The notes under the pieces: generated by a model
What the model saw: the letters and a program-made list of their open reading frames with translations, nothing else
Told to the model about the DNA's origin: nothing
Databases searched by the model: none
Translations under genes and position numbers: made by a program
Assembly: GCA_002746895.1 (NCBI GenBank)
Contig: PDRT01000047.1
Span: 760 to 64,759 of the forward strand
DNA length: 64,000 nucleotides
Origin: Thiothrix nivea
GTDB taxonomy: Bacteria > Pseudomonadota > Gammaproteobacteria > Thiotrichales > Thiotrichaceae
Direction: 5' to 3'
Shown: one piece after another, positions 63,460 through 64,000 of the stretch
Numbering within the stretch: position 1 is the first letter of the stretch
Layout: every line of letters starts with the position of its first letter

Positions 63460-64000
63460 ATGCGGAATCTGCTGGCCTTACCCTTGATTGCCTTATTTTT
63501 AGTCTCATGTGCCACAACATCAATGACAGCACCAATGACTGAAACAAAACAGACTGACCGTAAGAACACTGACACAATCGTTAACAAAGATAACAAAACC
63601 GGGCAACACACCATTGACACCATCACCTTTGTTAAAAACAGCCCTCCGATCGCCGCCAACCTGTATCGTACAAAAACACTCACTGTCAACAAGGATTTGA
63701 GTACCCGTTATGAAATGAAGGACGGTTATAACCAGTTACTGAATGAAAAGACCGGCACCATTACGCAGCAACAATTCAATCACCTTGCAGATAAACTGAA
63801 CACGATTGCCTACACGCACATTAAATCTGAGAAACGCTCGGGCCCACTGGTGGGCAGCCCTACCAGGATGCTGATTATCAAAAGCAACCAGGGCGCACAC
63901 CGTTTTATTGATGGCGCCATGACTGCTTTTCCAGCGGAGATTCAGGCCATCTTTAATGGTCACATGACCTATATGCCAACGGCACCAGCGACTGACTCGA
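63460..64000 (+). CDS. Lipoprotein of unknown function, truncated by window edge
   Basis: Translated by hand: RBS aggag, MRNLLALPLIALFLVSC lipobox. The frame stays open for 180 codons to the window end. Confidence 0.8.
   Translation, partial: MRNLLALPLIALFLVSCATTSMTAPMTETKQTDRKNTDTIVNKDNKTGQHTIDTITFVKNSPPIAANLYRTKTLTVNKDLSTRYEMKDGYNQLLNEKTGTITQQQFNHLADKLNTIAYTHIKSEKRSGPLVGSPTRMLIIKSNQGAHRFIDGAMTAFPAEIQAIFNGHMTYMPTAPATDS

Overview
A ~50% GC gammaproteobacterial chromosomal segment. The gene content looks like Thiotrichaceae, but that assignment is only an inference. It is mostly housekeeping: pheA(partial)-serC-gyrA, hrcA, nadK-recN, trx, ubiX-mpl, a PAS-GGDEF-EAL protein, rpsP-rimM-trmD-rplS, ffh, ypjD/yfjD-like, radA, mutT-argJ-secA, the dcw cluster (mraZ to lpxC) with MraZ boxes, rnpB, exosortase H with its partner, PCu(A)C and mmsA. 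I saw no mobile elements, tRNA, rRNA or CRISPR. The best candidate for an undescribed system is a five-gene co-oriented block (19777-24391) sitting in the normally contiguous ffh-rpsP junction. It holds three Pro/Lys/Arg-rich lipoproteins that share an N-terminal QQ(M)VAQ motif and a C-terminal VKAKG[NT]YRG[AP]IxI motif. Two of them also carry shuffled CWHGRNAxGQC and triple-HxH modules. Interleaved with them are two exported proteins with NlpC/P60-like Cys-PGD-His motifs. Other oddities are a proline-free 911-aa coiled-coil protein and several apparent pseudo-enzymes (DEAD-box-like, M28-like, YdjM-like).
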